This document shows, piece after piece, positions 46,313 through 56,483 of a stretch of DNA of 64,000 nucleotides; position 1 is the stretch's first letter; the number at the start of each line of letters is the position of its first letter. This DNA is from a phage: the sequence record PZ452611.1. One strand, written 5' to 3'. Under the pieces are notes generated by a model. The model worked only from the letters and a program-made list of their open reading frames with translations, was not told where the DNA came from and ran no database searches. Both the position numbers and the translations under genes were made by a program.

Positions 46313-46587
46313 TTTTTCTCTCCAAAACCATTTTTAACAAAAGAGATGAAATCGTCGGCACCGCCTATATGGACACTTTCAAGATTGCTTTCTAAGAAGA
46401 TCTGCGGCAACGTTCTGGGTACGATTGGACTGCACTTCTCAATAAGCTCTTCTTTTGTGTAACCCTCGCCAAGTGTCTTATATACAAAAGGCAGACCTTT
46501 ACTGACTGCAAATTCTTTTGCTCTTACACAATGTGGGCAGTTATCTTTACCGTAAATAATAAAGAAAAAAGATTTTTCACAGCTCAT
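46309..46587 (-). CDS. glutaredoxin-like protein
   Basis: CPHC active site, TLPQIF, IGGADD; between nrdB and nrdD. Confidence 0.75.
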   Translation of the reverse strand: MSCEKSFFFIIYGKDNCPHCVRAKEFAVSKGLPFVYKTLGEGYTKEELIEKCSPIVPRTLPQIFLESNLESVHIGGADDFISFVKNGFGEKK

Positions 46588-46590
46588 GTA

Positions 46591-47679
46591 TTAAAACTCC
46601 CAAATTTCTTCTTCAGCGTCGTTAACAGTTGTGTTGACGCGGTAGTCAGTGTTCGACATTTCTTGGTTCGCCGTCTGTTGCAATGAAGGTTTCATCCACA
46701 CCTGCATAAACGGTAGAGGGTCCTTTGTTGGCGGCACAAAGTCTTTGTCGATGCCATAGTAATCATAAATTGGTGAGCAGTTATAGTCAACCCATTCTTT
46801 AAGCAACGGTGAGTTAAGACCTATAATCGCTCTTCCCTCGCTGAAAATATAGTCACTCCAACCGTACTCTTTGGTTCGTACTTCATCAAGAATCTCTTTT
46901 AACTCCCCTTTTATCTCAAGGAAGCTTTTCTCCCATGCCGGATCATTAAGCAGGATATCAATGATGGCAAAATCACCTTTCGAGTGTAGCATTTCGTCAA
47001 GCATGATTTTTTGAACAAGCTGCGCCACCTGAACAAAAATACCCTGTTCAGCTACTGCGAAAGTGCATGCAAAACTTGCAATAAACTCAATACTTTCCAG
47101 GGCTAAAAGTGCAAAAAGCGCTCTAAGAATGCATTTCCGCACAATATCTTCTTTAACACTAGAAGGATCCAGTCGGTATTTTGCACCAATAACCTCAAGC
47201 TCTTGCATGTATTTGACAATAACGCCAGATCTGCTCAGAACGTTTTGGTTTTCCTGAATCTCTTCTATAATCTCACGGGCATTGGGGAGGCATTGTCTAA
47301 CAATCTCTGAGTAAGTTAGTGCGTGAAGAACTTCAATCTCTGACTGTTTCATCAATAGAGTGAAAAGCTCACTATTAGTGATGAATGGTGAAAAGAGGCA
47401 GATGATCGATCTTGCCGCAACGCTATCAGCCTCCCATTGCCACATCAAGGTCTGCACCATCACATCATAAGTTGACTTGGAGCATGTTACAAAATCTGAA
47501 ATAGATTGCGACAAATCAACTTCATCCTCTGCCCAGTCTTGTTCTTTTTGTTTTTTGTATAGTTCAAACAGTTGTGGATATTTTTTGTTGATAGAGTCGT
47601 ACATACCCATTTGCTGTCCTAGAAACAGCGGATAGTCACCAGTTTTATGAGCGGTGTTCTCAGCATTAAATACAGCCAT
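46591..47679 (-). CDS. nrdB: ribonucleotide reductase class Ia beta subunit
   Basis: 362 aa immediately downstream of nrdA; R2-like helical protein. Confidence 0.75.
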   Translation of the reverse strand: MAVFNAENTAHKTGDYPLFLGQQMGMYDSINKKYPQLFELYKKQKEQDWAEDEVDLSQSISDFVTCSKSTYDVMVQTLMWQWEADSVAARSIICLFSPFITNSELFTLLMKQSEIEVLHALTYSEIVRQCLPNAREIIEEIQENQNVLSRSGVIVKYMQELEVIGAKYRLDPSSVKEDIVRKCILRALFALLALESIEFIASFACTFAVAEQGIFVQVAQLVQKIMLDEMLHSKGDFAIIDILLNDPAWEKSFLEIKGELKEILDEVRTKEYGWSDYIFSEGRAIIGLNSPLLKEWVDYNCSPIYDYYGIDKDFVPPTKDPLPFMQVWMKPSLQQTANQEMSNTDYRVNTTVNDAEEEIWEF

Positions 47680-47718
47680 TATTCTAACCTCTAAAATGGG
47701 GCCGAAGCCCCTTTAAAA

Positions 47719-50034
47719 TTATAGTGCACAACTTTCGCAATACGGATCTTCAACTGAACTATCTGCAATCAAAGGATAGTTCTTTCTGGTTTCATCTTCA
47801 GCCTGCTTCTTGGCATGAAGTTCCTCTGCCAAGGAGTCACCAGCACCAACCCTGGAGTTTAAATAATACCATGTCTTCATCCCGAATTTAGTGGCACGGA
47901 TAAGGTACCCTAGCTGCTCCTTCATTGAAATTTTACCATCTTTCAACTTGGTGTAGTCTATGTATAAATCCGCGCTGATTGCCTGACCTGTGAATTTTTG
48001 AATCACAGCATACATATCGATCATGTCGTTAGTATCAACGTCCCAAGCCGAGGTGTAATACTCTTTCAACTCATCATAGTCAGGAACGATAAACAGCACC
48101 TGCCCTTGTGGCGATTTTTTAAAGATAATGTGCTCACGGACAGGATAAACCCCATTAGTGGTGTTTGTTGCCAGCGAAGAGCTTTCATTAGGCATATATG
48201 CTTCAAGAACGCTATTACGTAGCCCACCATTTTCAATGATTTCTTTACGTAACCCTTCCCAATCCTGTTTAAGAGAAGGATCTTTCACCACGCTATCGAC
48301 CTCTTTGTTATAGGTGTCGATTGGTAACCAACCTTCTGGATATTTTGTTTTATGCATCCACTCGCAGACACCACGCTCTTTTGCCAACCGTAAACTTGCC
48401 TTATGCAAGCTGTAGCTGTGAAGTTCTGCAAGATCGTGAACAAGCTGTTTACTTTCAGGAGATCCGTAAGTAACCTTGTGGCTGGCAATAAAATGTGCAA
48501 CATTGGTAAGGCCAACTCCGATGGATCTGCGTTTTTTAACAGTGCTCTCCATATTTTCATACGGATATGTCATGATTTCCATAACATTGTCAATCATAAG
48601 CACCGTGTAATATGCAACATCCTCATACTCCTCTGGGGTAACCCTTCCAGCTACAAGTGATGACAGGAAGCACAATGCAACTTCGCCATCATCAACATCG
48701 TGCTTGAAGATATTACGCATATCTGAATAGCCTTTTGTCGGGAGGGCTATTTCTGCACACAGGTTACTTGAATAGATCACATCTTTAAAAGGTGTATGTC
48801 TATTCATCTCGTCTGTCCAGTATACGAACAGCCTTCCAACCTCAATACGCTGCGTGAGCAGTTCAACAGCAAGATCTCTAGCTCGGATCCATGTTTTAGG
48901 AATACTGTCATCTTTAGCGATACGATCAACCTCTGCATCAAACTCCTCCATAGACATGGTGAAGATACCTTCATGCAGTTGAGGCGCGTGCTTATAAGAA
49001 ACAAGCATCCAATCTAAATTCTTAGCCACACGGTTGATAAACGACCTATTAATACCTATAGAGTAGTCCATGGTGTTGATTCTTTTTGAAGCAACAGTCA
49101 TAGGGTTTCTCAAACGGATTAGCTCATCAATCTGCGGGTCTAGTGCAAGGAATGATACTGTTGCAGAACCGCCACGTGATTGTTGTCTGTTCTCCTTAAC
49201 CCCAGCATCAATACCTCGATAATATGGAATCTTACCCATGTGTTTAATAGTGTTACCACGAACACCATCGCCTGCAGATCTTGATGATAAATAGTAGCCG
49301 ATACCTGCTTGGTTAACCGTCATTGTGTACGCAACTTCACGTGCCACACCAATAGATTTTGCTGTATCATCAGCTTTTATTACACAACAAGATGCATACC
49401 CTGTCTTACCTGTGCGCAGCCCGTTTAAGTACGGTGTCGGGGCATTGATCTTTAAGTCGGACAGATAAGTGTATAATTTTACAACATCGTTGATACGACG
49501 TTCTTTCGGCATATTCTTCATGACAGCCATTGCTATCCCCATAAACATCATCTGGGGAGATTCAAACAAGGTGTCTTTAAGAGTATCCTTGATCCCGTAT
49601 TTGTCGCGAAACTGTTTAAGGACTGCATAGCCATAACCGAGATCTTTACTGTGGTCAATAACAGCGTCTAAAGTGTTTAGCTCGGTAAAGCTATAGCCCA
49701 TATCCTCCCAATACCCTTTCTCAACCATGGTATTGTAAAATGATGGTAAGGAAGGGATCTTTGTAAACCCTCCAAAAGCCTCTTTATAAATCTGACCAAT
49801 AAGAACACGACCAGCCATACGGGAATGTTCTTCGTCTTTACGGCTAACACAGGAGTCTATGATAGCTTGGTTAACTTCTTTGGTTGTACATCCATCATAC
49901 AGTCGTTTGTATGCATCCAGTGCAATATGTGACCAATTGCCGTTACCGTCGTCACCGAAAATAGCTGCCTTATTTAAACGTTCTGGATCGAATGCCACTT
50001 CACATCCGTTGCTTTTAATTACCTTGGTGATCAA
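47719..50034 (-). CDS. nrdA: ribonucleotide reductase class Ia alpha subunit
   Basis: 771 aa; N-terminal ATP-cone; NLCAEI active-site motif; C-terminal CESC tail. Confidence 0.9.
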   Translation of the reverse strand: MITKVIKSNGCEVAFDPERLNKAAIFGDDGNGNWSHIALDAYKRLYDGCTTKEVNQAIIDSCVSRKDEEHSRMAGRVLIGQIYKEAFGGFTKIPSLPSFYNTMVEKGYWEDMGYSFTELNTLDAVIDHSKDLGYGYAVLKQFRDKYGIKDTLKDTLFESPQMMFMGIAMAVMKNMPKERRINDVVKLYTYLSDLKINAPTPYLNGLRTGKTGYASCCVIKADDTAKSIGVAREVAYTMTVNQAGIGYYLSSRSAGDGVRGNTIKHMGKIPYYRGIDAGVKENRQQSRGGSATVSFLALDPQIDELIRLRNPMTVASKRINTMDYSIGINRSFINRVAKNLDWMLVSYKHAPQLHEGIFTMSMEEFDAEVDRIAKDDSIPKTWIRARDLAVELLTQRIEVGRLFVYWTDEMNRHTPFKDVIYSSNLCAEIALPTKGYSDMRNIFKHDVDDGEVALCFLSSLVAGRVTPEEYEDVAYYTVLMIDNVMEIMTYPYENMESTVKKRRSIGVGLTNVAHFIASHKVTYGSPESKQLVHDLAELHSYSLHKASLRLAKERGVCEWMHKTKYPEGWLPIDTYNKEVDSVVKDPSLKQDWEGLRKEIIENGGLRNSVLEAYMPNESSSLATNTTNGVYPVREHIIFKKSPQGQVLFIVPDYDELKEYYTSAWDVDTNDMIDMYAVIQKFTGQAISADLYIDYTKLKDGKISMKEQLGYLIRATKFGMKTWYYLNSRVGAGDSLAEELHAKKQAEDETRKNYPLIADSSVEDPYCESCAL

Positions 50035-50282
50035 TTTGCTTCCTCCACTTCATTAACGTATTTATCAAGGCAGGTATCAGTATCTTGCTGGATAAAGGTA
50101 TCCTCTTCTACAGAGATATTTATAATTTTACCTGTATACTCGTCATAATAAACATCATCATACATTTTAATATCGTTTGTCAGGCCGTTGAACCAAAGCC
50201 AGCCAACATATTCTGCCCGACTTGCAAAACCAAGATCCTTCCACTTGGAGTTATGACTCATCTTCACCACCTTAGCTTTCAA
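50031..50282 (-). CDS. hypothetical protein
   Basis: ORF coupled to nrdA. Confidence 0.4.
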   Translation of the reverse strand: MKAKVVKMSHNSKWKDLGFASRAEYVGWLWFNGLTNDIKMYDDVYYDEYTGKIINISVEEDTFIQQDTDTCLDKYVNEVEEAN

Positions 50283-50772
50283 TACCGAATAATTTTTCTA
50301 GGCGATGCAGATCTTCAAAATTGAAAGGTTCATCAACAATATGAATATCTTCAGCCTTTTCAGATTGTTTTGTATATTTTCTTACATTAACACGATCCTC
50401 TACAGGGATATCATACGGAAGATCTTGAACAAGCATTGCCTCACCAGGTGCTTTATCTACATCTAAAATATCTACACCGTTATACATTTGTGGGTATCTA
50501 AAGTCTGCACGCATGACACCAGCAAATACATCTGCCTTTCGATAATGGGTTGGCTTATTTTTGCATCTAACGTTTTTTCCACGAAGAACATCAATATTTT
50601 TTAAATCAAACCCTACGGCGAAGAGTGCAGCTCGGAGACCGTTTCGTGTGCGAACGTTAAACCCAGGTACGGTAGCTAGGAAATCTAAAGTAACTGAAAT
50701 AAATGTCTTTTTAGGAATCATAACATTACTCATATCTGTCTCCATTTCTGGCTCACCAACAAAGTGAGCCAT
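50272..50772 (-). CDS. hypothetical protein
   Basis: 166-aa ORF. Confidence 0.4.
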   Translation of the reverse strand: MAHFVGEPEMETDMSNVMIPKKTFISVTLDFLATVPGFNVRTRNGLRAALFAVGFDLKNIDVLRGKNVRCKNKPTHYRKADVFAGVMRADFRYPQMYNGVDILDVDKAPGEAMLVQDLPYDIPVEDRVNVRKYTKQSEKAEDIHIVDEPFNFEDLHRLEKLFGIES

Positions 50773-50831
50773 TATTATAGATTATCTGATACTATTAGTC
50801 AACACAAAAGTTACCTATCGCTGTGATAGGA

Positions 50832-51815
50832 TTAACCTTTCACGAAGTGGTTATTAAGCAGTTGTCTGTGCTGAACCCACCCACAAAAGTTGGCAGACCA
50901 GAATTTACCATCACGGTCTTGATGGGTTACACCTTCCTGCCAAGTACTAATGTCTTGTGTGATTTCACATGAAGACAGGTAGTAGTTTAAACGTTCCATT
51001 GCGTTATCGTGATCCATAGGTGTTGCCTGGTGTTCGTAAGGGCTTGCATGAATACGATCCCCACCAATCAATTTTTTAGCCACACTGTCTGCCTTTTCAA
51101 ACGTACTGTCAATATTTCGATAAGATACTTGTGCACAGCAACTAGCACTAATAGACAGAGCTTCTTTAGTATCAAGAATGCAGAGCTTTCCTTCTGTGTC
51201 ACGTACAGCGTAGTTAAACTCTCCGTCCAAATAAACGTGCTCTACATATGGAGTGTGCCATTGACCTGGTTTAAGGATTTCAGGAGTGCTATTCACAAGA
51301 GCTTCCCACATACAATTAGCCAACATCTGAATCGTAGGATCCGCATCGTGCCAGCAACGGAGATGGAAAAAATTATTCCACTCTGTGCTTGTTACAACTG
51401 TTTTCATGCGTTGGAACGGCTCTACTAAGCGGTTACATACTTGTTTATGGTAACCAGCAAGGGCGAACTTCTCTGCATGCCAAGCGGCGTTTTTTGCAGC
51501 TTCTTTCCAAAACTCTTCAGGGGTTAGCTCCATGTCAGTGTACTCTACACGGATCTTTTGATCGTGTTCCCCACCATCTTCCATCCCTTGCTTATTTACA
51601 CCGAAGCGAACTGGCATTGCCGGATTCTCCACAATCTGCTGCAGCATCTTGCCGACAGGCACTGCACGGGAAGACATGGCGTTTCGGCTGAATACTCGAT
51701 GCGTCATAAGCTCTGAGTGAATAATTCGAGGATACTCTAGCTCAAAAGTGGTGATGCGCTTACCTTTCTCGGAAATGCTGTCAGCAATGATCTTTGCAGT
51801 GCACAGTTTTAGCAT
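50832..51815 (-). CDS. thyX: flavin-dependent thymidylate synthase
   Basis: ThyX motif in ELEYPRIIHSELMTHRVFSRNAMSSRA; 327 aa. Confidence 0.8.
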   Translation of the reverse strand: MLKLCTAKIIADSISEKGKRITTFELEYPRIIHSELMTHRVFSRNAMSSRAVPVGKMLQQIVENPAMPVRFGVNKQGMEDGGEHDQKIRVEYTDMELTPEEFWKEAAKNAAWHAEKFALAGYHKQVCNRLVEPFQRMKTVVTSTEWNNFFHLRCWHDADPTIQMLANCMWEALVNSTPEILKPGQWHTPYVEHVYLDGEFNYAVRDTEGKLCILDTKEALSISASCCAQVSYRNIDSTFEKADSVAKKLIGGDRIHASPYEHQATPMDHDNAMERLNYYLSSCEITQDISTWQEGVTHQDRDGKFWSANFCGWVQHRQLLNNHFVKG

Positions 51816-52015
51816 TATTTAGCTCTCCTTGTTTTAATTTTGGAAATTTCGTCTGGGTTTATATTGGCCTTAAATGCAAGGTATCTGTTAAACATATCAG
51901 AGCACATGTCTTGGGTGATCCTGGAGGCATACACTAGCTTACCCCCCAGATCATATACCTCCAGCCAGTCACCGTATCTGACTACAGGATCTCCACCTTT
52001 AGAACATCTGCCCAT
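51815..52015 (-). CDS. hypothetical protein
   Basis: 66-aa ORF. Confidence 0.35.
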   Translation of the reverse strand: MGRCSKGGDPVVRYGDWLEVYDLGGKLVYASRITQDMCSDMFNRYLAFKANINPDEISKIKTRRAK

Positions 52016-52016
52016 T

Positions 52017-52610
52017 TCAAATACCTTCTAAAAACTTTCCTATTTTATACCAACTATTAGCGGTATAGTCAACACTGACCTTTAACTCCTCGAATTGCTC
52101 ATAAGGCGTATCTTTTAGGATTTTAATAACTTCAGGTCGTGAAGCGAATTGGTTAAGGTATTCATGCCTGTCGTCAATTATAACATCTACAGCCACATTT
52201 CCTTTGAAATGTGTGGCGTAGAAGCCGTGACCCTGGGTGTGATCGTCCAGATCCATAAAATCACTGGTCCAACGCTTTAAGAACCTTGATTTAGATGCAA
52301 GGTGACCTTTCTTGCATACCGAGATAAATGCAAGCTTGTGACCACGAGCCACCAAATCTTTCATAACCTCAATAGCCCCCTCTTCAGGCTTAAGAAAGTC
52401 GTAGAGGAATGGGTCACTCCAGAAATCAAAAGGCCCTATGATGTTTTCTTTGGGGCGATCAGGCCAATACTTTGGCAGATCGTAATACATCAGCCCATTA
52501 GAAGGTTTAACGACTGTCTTACTGGCTGGACCATACAAACGCTCCAACCACTCCCACCATGCTGTTCCTGAATCTACCAGTGTCAAATCTACATCAATTC
52601 CGATTAACAT
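52017..52610 (-). CDS. HAD-superfamily phosphatase (putative 5'-deoxyribonucleotidase)
   Basis: motif I GIDVDLTLVD (DxDxT); DD in DVIIDDRHEY. Confidence 0.55.
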   Translation of the reverse strand: MLIGIDVDLTLVDSGTAWWEWLERLYGPASKTVVKPSNGLMYYDLPKYWPDRPKENIIGPFDFWSDPFLYDFLKPEEGAIEVMKDLVARGHKLAFISVCKKGHLASKSRFLKRWTSDFMDLDDHTQGHGFYATHFKGNVAVDVIIDDRHEYLNQFASRPEVIKILKDTPYEQFEELKVSVDYTANSWYKIGKFLEGI

Positions 52611-53221
52611 TCTTCTTGGGCCTCTTTAGCATCAATATACTTGCACACAATCTCCGATGCACATTCCCAAGGTGCACCTTCAGGATTTACAACATCGAAC
52701 TCAATCCCTTTTATTCCGTTCTTTTCCAGACTTAGATAGGTTCTGGAATCATTTCCCCAGTCATATCCGACACGGTGAATACGGAACAACAACAGATCTC
52801 CACCTGTGCTGTATGCGTACTCACTAAGGCATGCCAGCTCCTCTTTGAATCCACCATCGGAGTAAACAACAACCCCTTTACCTTTAGGGAAATCTTTCTT
52901 CAAGGATGTGACTGCGGCCTTACCGAAAGCATCTTCACCAAAGATAGGTTTAATCAGATTTTCACTACAATGGATCATCCATTCTCGCGGAGAAACATGC
53001 TTGCCGTCTATCATTAAGAAAGGGCAAGGCTCTTCTTTGTAGTGGCGGTCATAAAGTGCATTCCAGAGTTGAGGAGTTACACCAGCTGCCTTAATTGCCA
53101 CGCTGAAGAGCATCTCCTTAACCTCACGGTGGTGTGAGTTAGGAATAGCTTCCAACAAGAGATCTGCAATGTGATCCTTACCACTGCTGGGTGGGGCGTT
53201 AAGAACAATAATATCCATCAA
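52604..53221 (-). CDS. deoxynucleoside monophosphate kinase-like protein
   Basis: N-terminus MMDIIVLNAPPSSGKDHIAD resembles T4 gp1 dNMP kinase (MKLIFLSGVKRSGKDTTADF). Confidence 0.55.
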   Translation of the reverse strand: MMDIIVLNAPPSSGKDHIADLLLEAIPNSHHREVKEMLFSVAIKAAGVTPQLWNALYDRHYKEEPCPFLMIDGKHVSPREWMIHCSENLIKPIFGEDAFGKAAVTSLKKDFPKGKGVVVYSDGGFKEELACLSEYAYSTGGDLLLFRIHRVGYDWGNDSRTYLSLEKNGIKGIEFDVVNPEGAPWECASEIVCKYIDAKEAQEEC

Positions 53222-53421
53222 AAACCTCCGTGGTATTCTTCAACTGCATCAATAATACTTTTACACTTATCTACCAGCTCGTTAGCCACTACAGCATCGT
53301 CTTCCCAAACAGCTTCCTCAATCTGATCAAGCAATGATCGCATCTTGCCCATCATTTCTGGGATAAAGTTTTCTGAAAAGCTGTCTGGAATTGTTAACTT
53401 TAGTGTCATTGCGGTCTCCAA
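53218..53421 (-). CDS. hypothetical protein
   Basis: 67-aa acidic ORF. Confidence 0.35.
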   Translation of the reverse strand: METAMTLKLTIPDSFSENFIPEMMGKMRSLLDQIEEAVWEDDAVVANELVDKCKSIIDAVEEYHGGF

Positions 53422-53436
53422 CCATACTATGCGTTA

Positions 53437-53895
53437 TTAGAAGTTTGTTTTTACACGTCCCTTTTCATCGACCTCGTTATTAGCTAAAAGCGTTACAAAG
53501 TCTGTGAAACGGACATGAAGAACTCTTTTCTTATCAAGGTATCCTAAAGCCACCCCTGAGAAATTTAGCATCAAAGGGGCTAAAGAAGCTCTGGCACTGA
53601 AATGCTGTTGTTCTACCCTTCCAACACCCTTAGTGTAGGATGGGTTAAGATTGTAAGTTCTGAATCCTAGTTTTGTTGGAGCTTTAGAATTAAAAACAAC
53701 TTTATAGCGTTTCTTACTCAACTTATGCTCCAGGATAAGCATTCCCTTATCACCCTTGATAAGTTGAAAATCTGTAAAGTGCTCTTTTAAGACGAAAGGT
53801 AGTGCCAGCCCCATCGCCTGCCCCCTTTGTACCGCTGTCTCACCAAAAGCTTTTGCATCAGTAAGTTCTTTGGTCAAGTCTATGCTTTTGATCAT
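53437..53895 (-). CDS. hypothetical protein
   Basis: 152-aa ORF. Confidence 0.4.
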   Translation of the reverse strand: MIKSIDLTKELTDAKAFGETAVQRGQAMGLALPFVLKEHFTDFQLIKGDKGMLILEHKLSKKRYKVVFNSKAPTKLGFRTYNLNPSYTKGVGRVEQQHFSARASLAPLMLNFSGVALGYLDKKRVLHVRFTDFVTLLANNEVDEKGRVKTNF

Positions 53896-54706
53896 ACCTA
53901 GTCTCCAAAATGTATTGTAGTTCTTTCTTACCTATACTCTTCATTCCGGCAGTCTTACCTGCTTCTTCTTGAAAAGAAGAATAGCATTCAGCAAACACTC
54001 TGTCAACACCGTCAACTAAAGATTTTATGAAATATGTTGATTCTTCAGATTTTGGGTCATCATCCCCCAATACTTTTCCAGCATTATACCCAACACGTCT
54101 TACACAGAAGTCGTAGTCATCTGGTGTGCTAAAAGAAAATAACTTATTCTCTCCAATCTTTACAGGATCCCTATTGCACTCCTTTTTCTCCCAAATTTGG
54201 AAAACACATGGCACGTCATAAGGTTTGCCATTAAGTAAAAACGAGTTCTTAGGGCACCTTTCGCTGTAGACAAGGTGCATCGACATGTCCAATTTGTTTG
54301 CAAAAAATATTTTTTCAAATGTCCTCGGCAAGATGAAGGCTATGGCCCCTCCAAGCTCTAGCAATGATGCACAATGGTTGAAGAATTTGCAAGCTAAAGA
54401 TGAATTCTTGCCAAATGGTGGGTTACCTATGAAGACATCTGCCTTGGGGTGCACCTCCAAGAAGTTTGCCTGAATGCACGGTGTTGGCCCTTCAAATTCA
54501 GGATCTGGTACTAAATCGTACGACAGTATCTCTGAAAATAGTTTTGAAAAAGAACCCCTTCCAGCAGAGGGCTCAACGTATGCACAATTCCCATACTTAT
54601 CTTTTACTTTACCAACAAGATATTCTGCATACTCAGGGTTTGTGTAATATTTGTCGTTGGACTCTTTCTTGCTCAAAGTGCCTCCAAAAGGAAAAGGGAG
54701 GCGCAA
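53858..54706 (-). CDS. N6-adenine methyltransferase-like protein
   Basis: AdoMet motif I VEPSAGRGSF and motif IV FIGNPPFG. Confidence 0.6.
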   Translation of the reverse strand: MRLPFPFGGTLSKKESNDKYYTNPEYAEYLVGKVKDKYGNCAYVEPSAGRGSFSKLFSEILSYDLVPDPEFEGPTPCIQANFLEVHPKADVFIGNPPFGKNSSLACKFFNHCASLLELGGAIAFILPRTFEKIFFANKLDMSMHLVYSERCPKNSFLLNGKPYDVPCVFQIWEKKECNRDPVKIGENKLFSFSTPDDYDFCVRRVGYNAGKVLGDDDPKSEESTYFIKSLVDGVDRVFAECYSSFQEEAGKTAGMKSIGKKELQYILETRYDQKHRLDQRTY

Positions 54707-54721
54707 GCCTCCCCATAATTG

Positions 54722-55711
54722 TTAGATTATCTGAATCAGGGTGTTTTTCATTTCTTCTCTGGTACGGATGTTGTTACGGTCACGAACAACAGATCCACAA
54801 CCTTCGCAGCGGTATGTTTTAAATGCACTCAGCTGAGTATATGCCAAAGCTTCTTCCTCGTGAAGGTGTTCTCCACCACAGCGTGGGCAACGAACCTTTG
54901 GCTCCTCGTCCTGGTAGTACAATGACATGTTTGGGTGCTGCTTAGCAAACGGGCGAGCCAGCAAATACAGTCCTTCCAGAGACAGGATATCACCAACATT
55001 ATACTCCCGCATCTGTTTAAATGCCTCAAGATCGCCATGGACACACTTGATCCACATTTCAAATGTGTGGTCAATCAGTTTCTGCCGGGCTAGTTGGAAG
55101 TATTTGCATGCATACTCCAAAGTGTTTGCATTCAAACGAAATGCCTTCTTGATCATTTTAAGGGTGTCAACCTCTTTGTAGGGGCTTGTTGGAGGCAACC
55201 CGTGAAATGCAAATCGTTGGTTGGCCCACCCGCAGTCAAAACCTGAATTGTGGGCTACTGCGACATCGCATTTATCCAGATAATACCACAAATCCTGAAT
55301 CAATTCGAGATCATTGTGAATATCCTCATCCCACATTTTGTAATCGGGAAGAGCGCAGTCAACCACACTAGGGCTGTCTAACCACTTACCTGCGAAAGTT
55401 AGCATATAAGGCATAACTTCAATACCACAGGTTTGAATGTTGGTCTTATAGTGCCCAAAGAACCAGCCGTTTGTTGGGGATGTCTCTGTATCATACACCC
55501 AAACTTTAGCGCCTTTGTGCTCTTCAAGGAAGCGCTCCGTTGCTTCTCCTACAATCTCTGACATATTCTCTTGTGCACGTTTAAGCTGTAGTCGGATCCA
55601 ACTCTCACGTGACTCACGGCCTAAAAATTCACGAGCGATTTGTCTATTAGTGTATCCTTGTTGCTTTAGTGTTAAAATTTGCTCAAGAGTTAACTTTGTC
55701 ATCATCGTCAA
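54722..55711 (-). CDS. DnaQ-like 3'-5' exonuclease (DEDDy) with N-terminal HTH and C-terminal zinc ribbon
   Basis: Exo I VYDTETS, Exo II AHNSGFDCGW, Exo III YNVGD; HTH GYTNRQIAREF; CPRCG...CEGCG. Confidence 0.55.
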   Translation of the reverse strand: MTMMTKLTLEQILTLKQQGYTNRQIAREFLGRESRESWIRLQLKRAQENMSEIVGEATERFLEEHKGAKVWVYDTETSPTNGWFFGHYKTNIQTCGIEVMPYMLTFAGKWLDSPSVVDCALPDYKMWDEDIHNDLELIQDLWYYLDKCDVAVAHNSGFDCGWANQRFAFHGLPPTSPYKEVDTLKMIKKAFRLNANTLEYACKYFQLARQKLIDHTFEMWIKCVHGDLEAFKQMREYNVGDILSLEGLYLLARPFAKQHPNMSLYYQDEEPKVRCPRCGGEHLHEEEALAYTQLSAFKTYRCEGCGSVVRDRNNIRTREEMKNTLIQII

Positions 55712-55717
55712 GATTCC

Positions 55718-55939
55718 TTAGTAAAACTGAAGAATGTCTTTTAAAGCGAAGTCACGATATTCGCCCTTGTCTACATCGAAGGCATGCATCAACCACTGCT
55801 CTTCTTTATGATATTCTGTAGAGCCAAACCATAAATTAGGCTCAGTAACGCAGCGATCTGCAACAACACCTTTCCAGTTACGGTATTTCATCCTGATCAG
55901 AACTGAATCGCAAGGATTGAATACCTTTTTCATCCCCAT
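55718..55939 (-). CDS. hypothetical protein
   Basis: ORF; start uncertain (overlaps upstream gene). Confidence 0.3.
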   Translation of the reverse strand: MGMKKVFNPCDSVLIRMKYRNWKGVVADRCVTEPNLWFGSTEYHKEEQWLMHAFDVDKGEYRDFALKDILQFY

Positions 55940-56483
55940 AGAAATCTCTCTCCTCAGTTTTCTTTATAAACTCCTGCATGTAGAACTCAATAGCCTCATG
56001 CTTGGTGCACTCTGGATTAATGACAAGATTGAGATCTGATTCTGCTCGTGCAATGATCGTAGCTTTAGAGCATCTCCTCAAGAACTTTGTCATATCATCT
56101 CTGTAGTTTTTGTGGAGCGGGAAGTCGCTGTAGTCTTTCTCCAGATAGTCAGCCATCCGGCGCAACGCCTCTGATAAACTGCAATCTGTATACTCGTTAC
56201 AGTATTTCATCCAGTATTTAAGCACATACCCCTCAAAGGTATTAGTGCACTGAGACAAAACACCCCTGCAACGACCAGTCAGATGATCATGATCTAGACA
56301 AGGCTTACGAAGTGGCTCGCACAAGATAGGATCAAGACCATCCTGCTCCTCTGACAATTCTTTTCGAAAGTTGGCTATGTCTTTAGAATCTTTTAGCCAC
56401 CCGTTATGAACGGGTGCTTTGACAGCTTTCTTTCTTATTTTACGCTTTGCGATAATCCCTCCAGATGCGCCCTGCCTATCCAA
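55878..56483 (-). CDS. endonuclease VII-like (T4 gp49-type) nuclease
   Basis: LDHDHLTGRCRGVLSQCTN motif (DHDH.TG..RG.LC..CN). Confidence 0.6.
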   Translation of the reverse strand: MDRQGASGGIIAKRKIRKKAVKAPVHNGWLKDSKDIANFRKELSEEQDGLDPILCEPLRKPCLDHDHLTGRCRGVLSQCTNTFEGYVLKYWMKYCNEYTDCSLSEALRRMADYLEKDYSDFPLHKNYRDDMTKFLRRCSKATIIARAESDLNLVINPECTKHEAIEFYMQEFIKKTEERDFYGDEKGIQSLRFSSDQDEIP

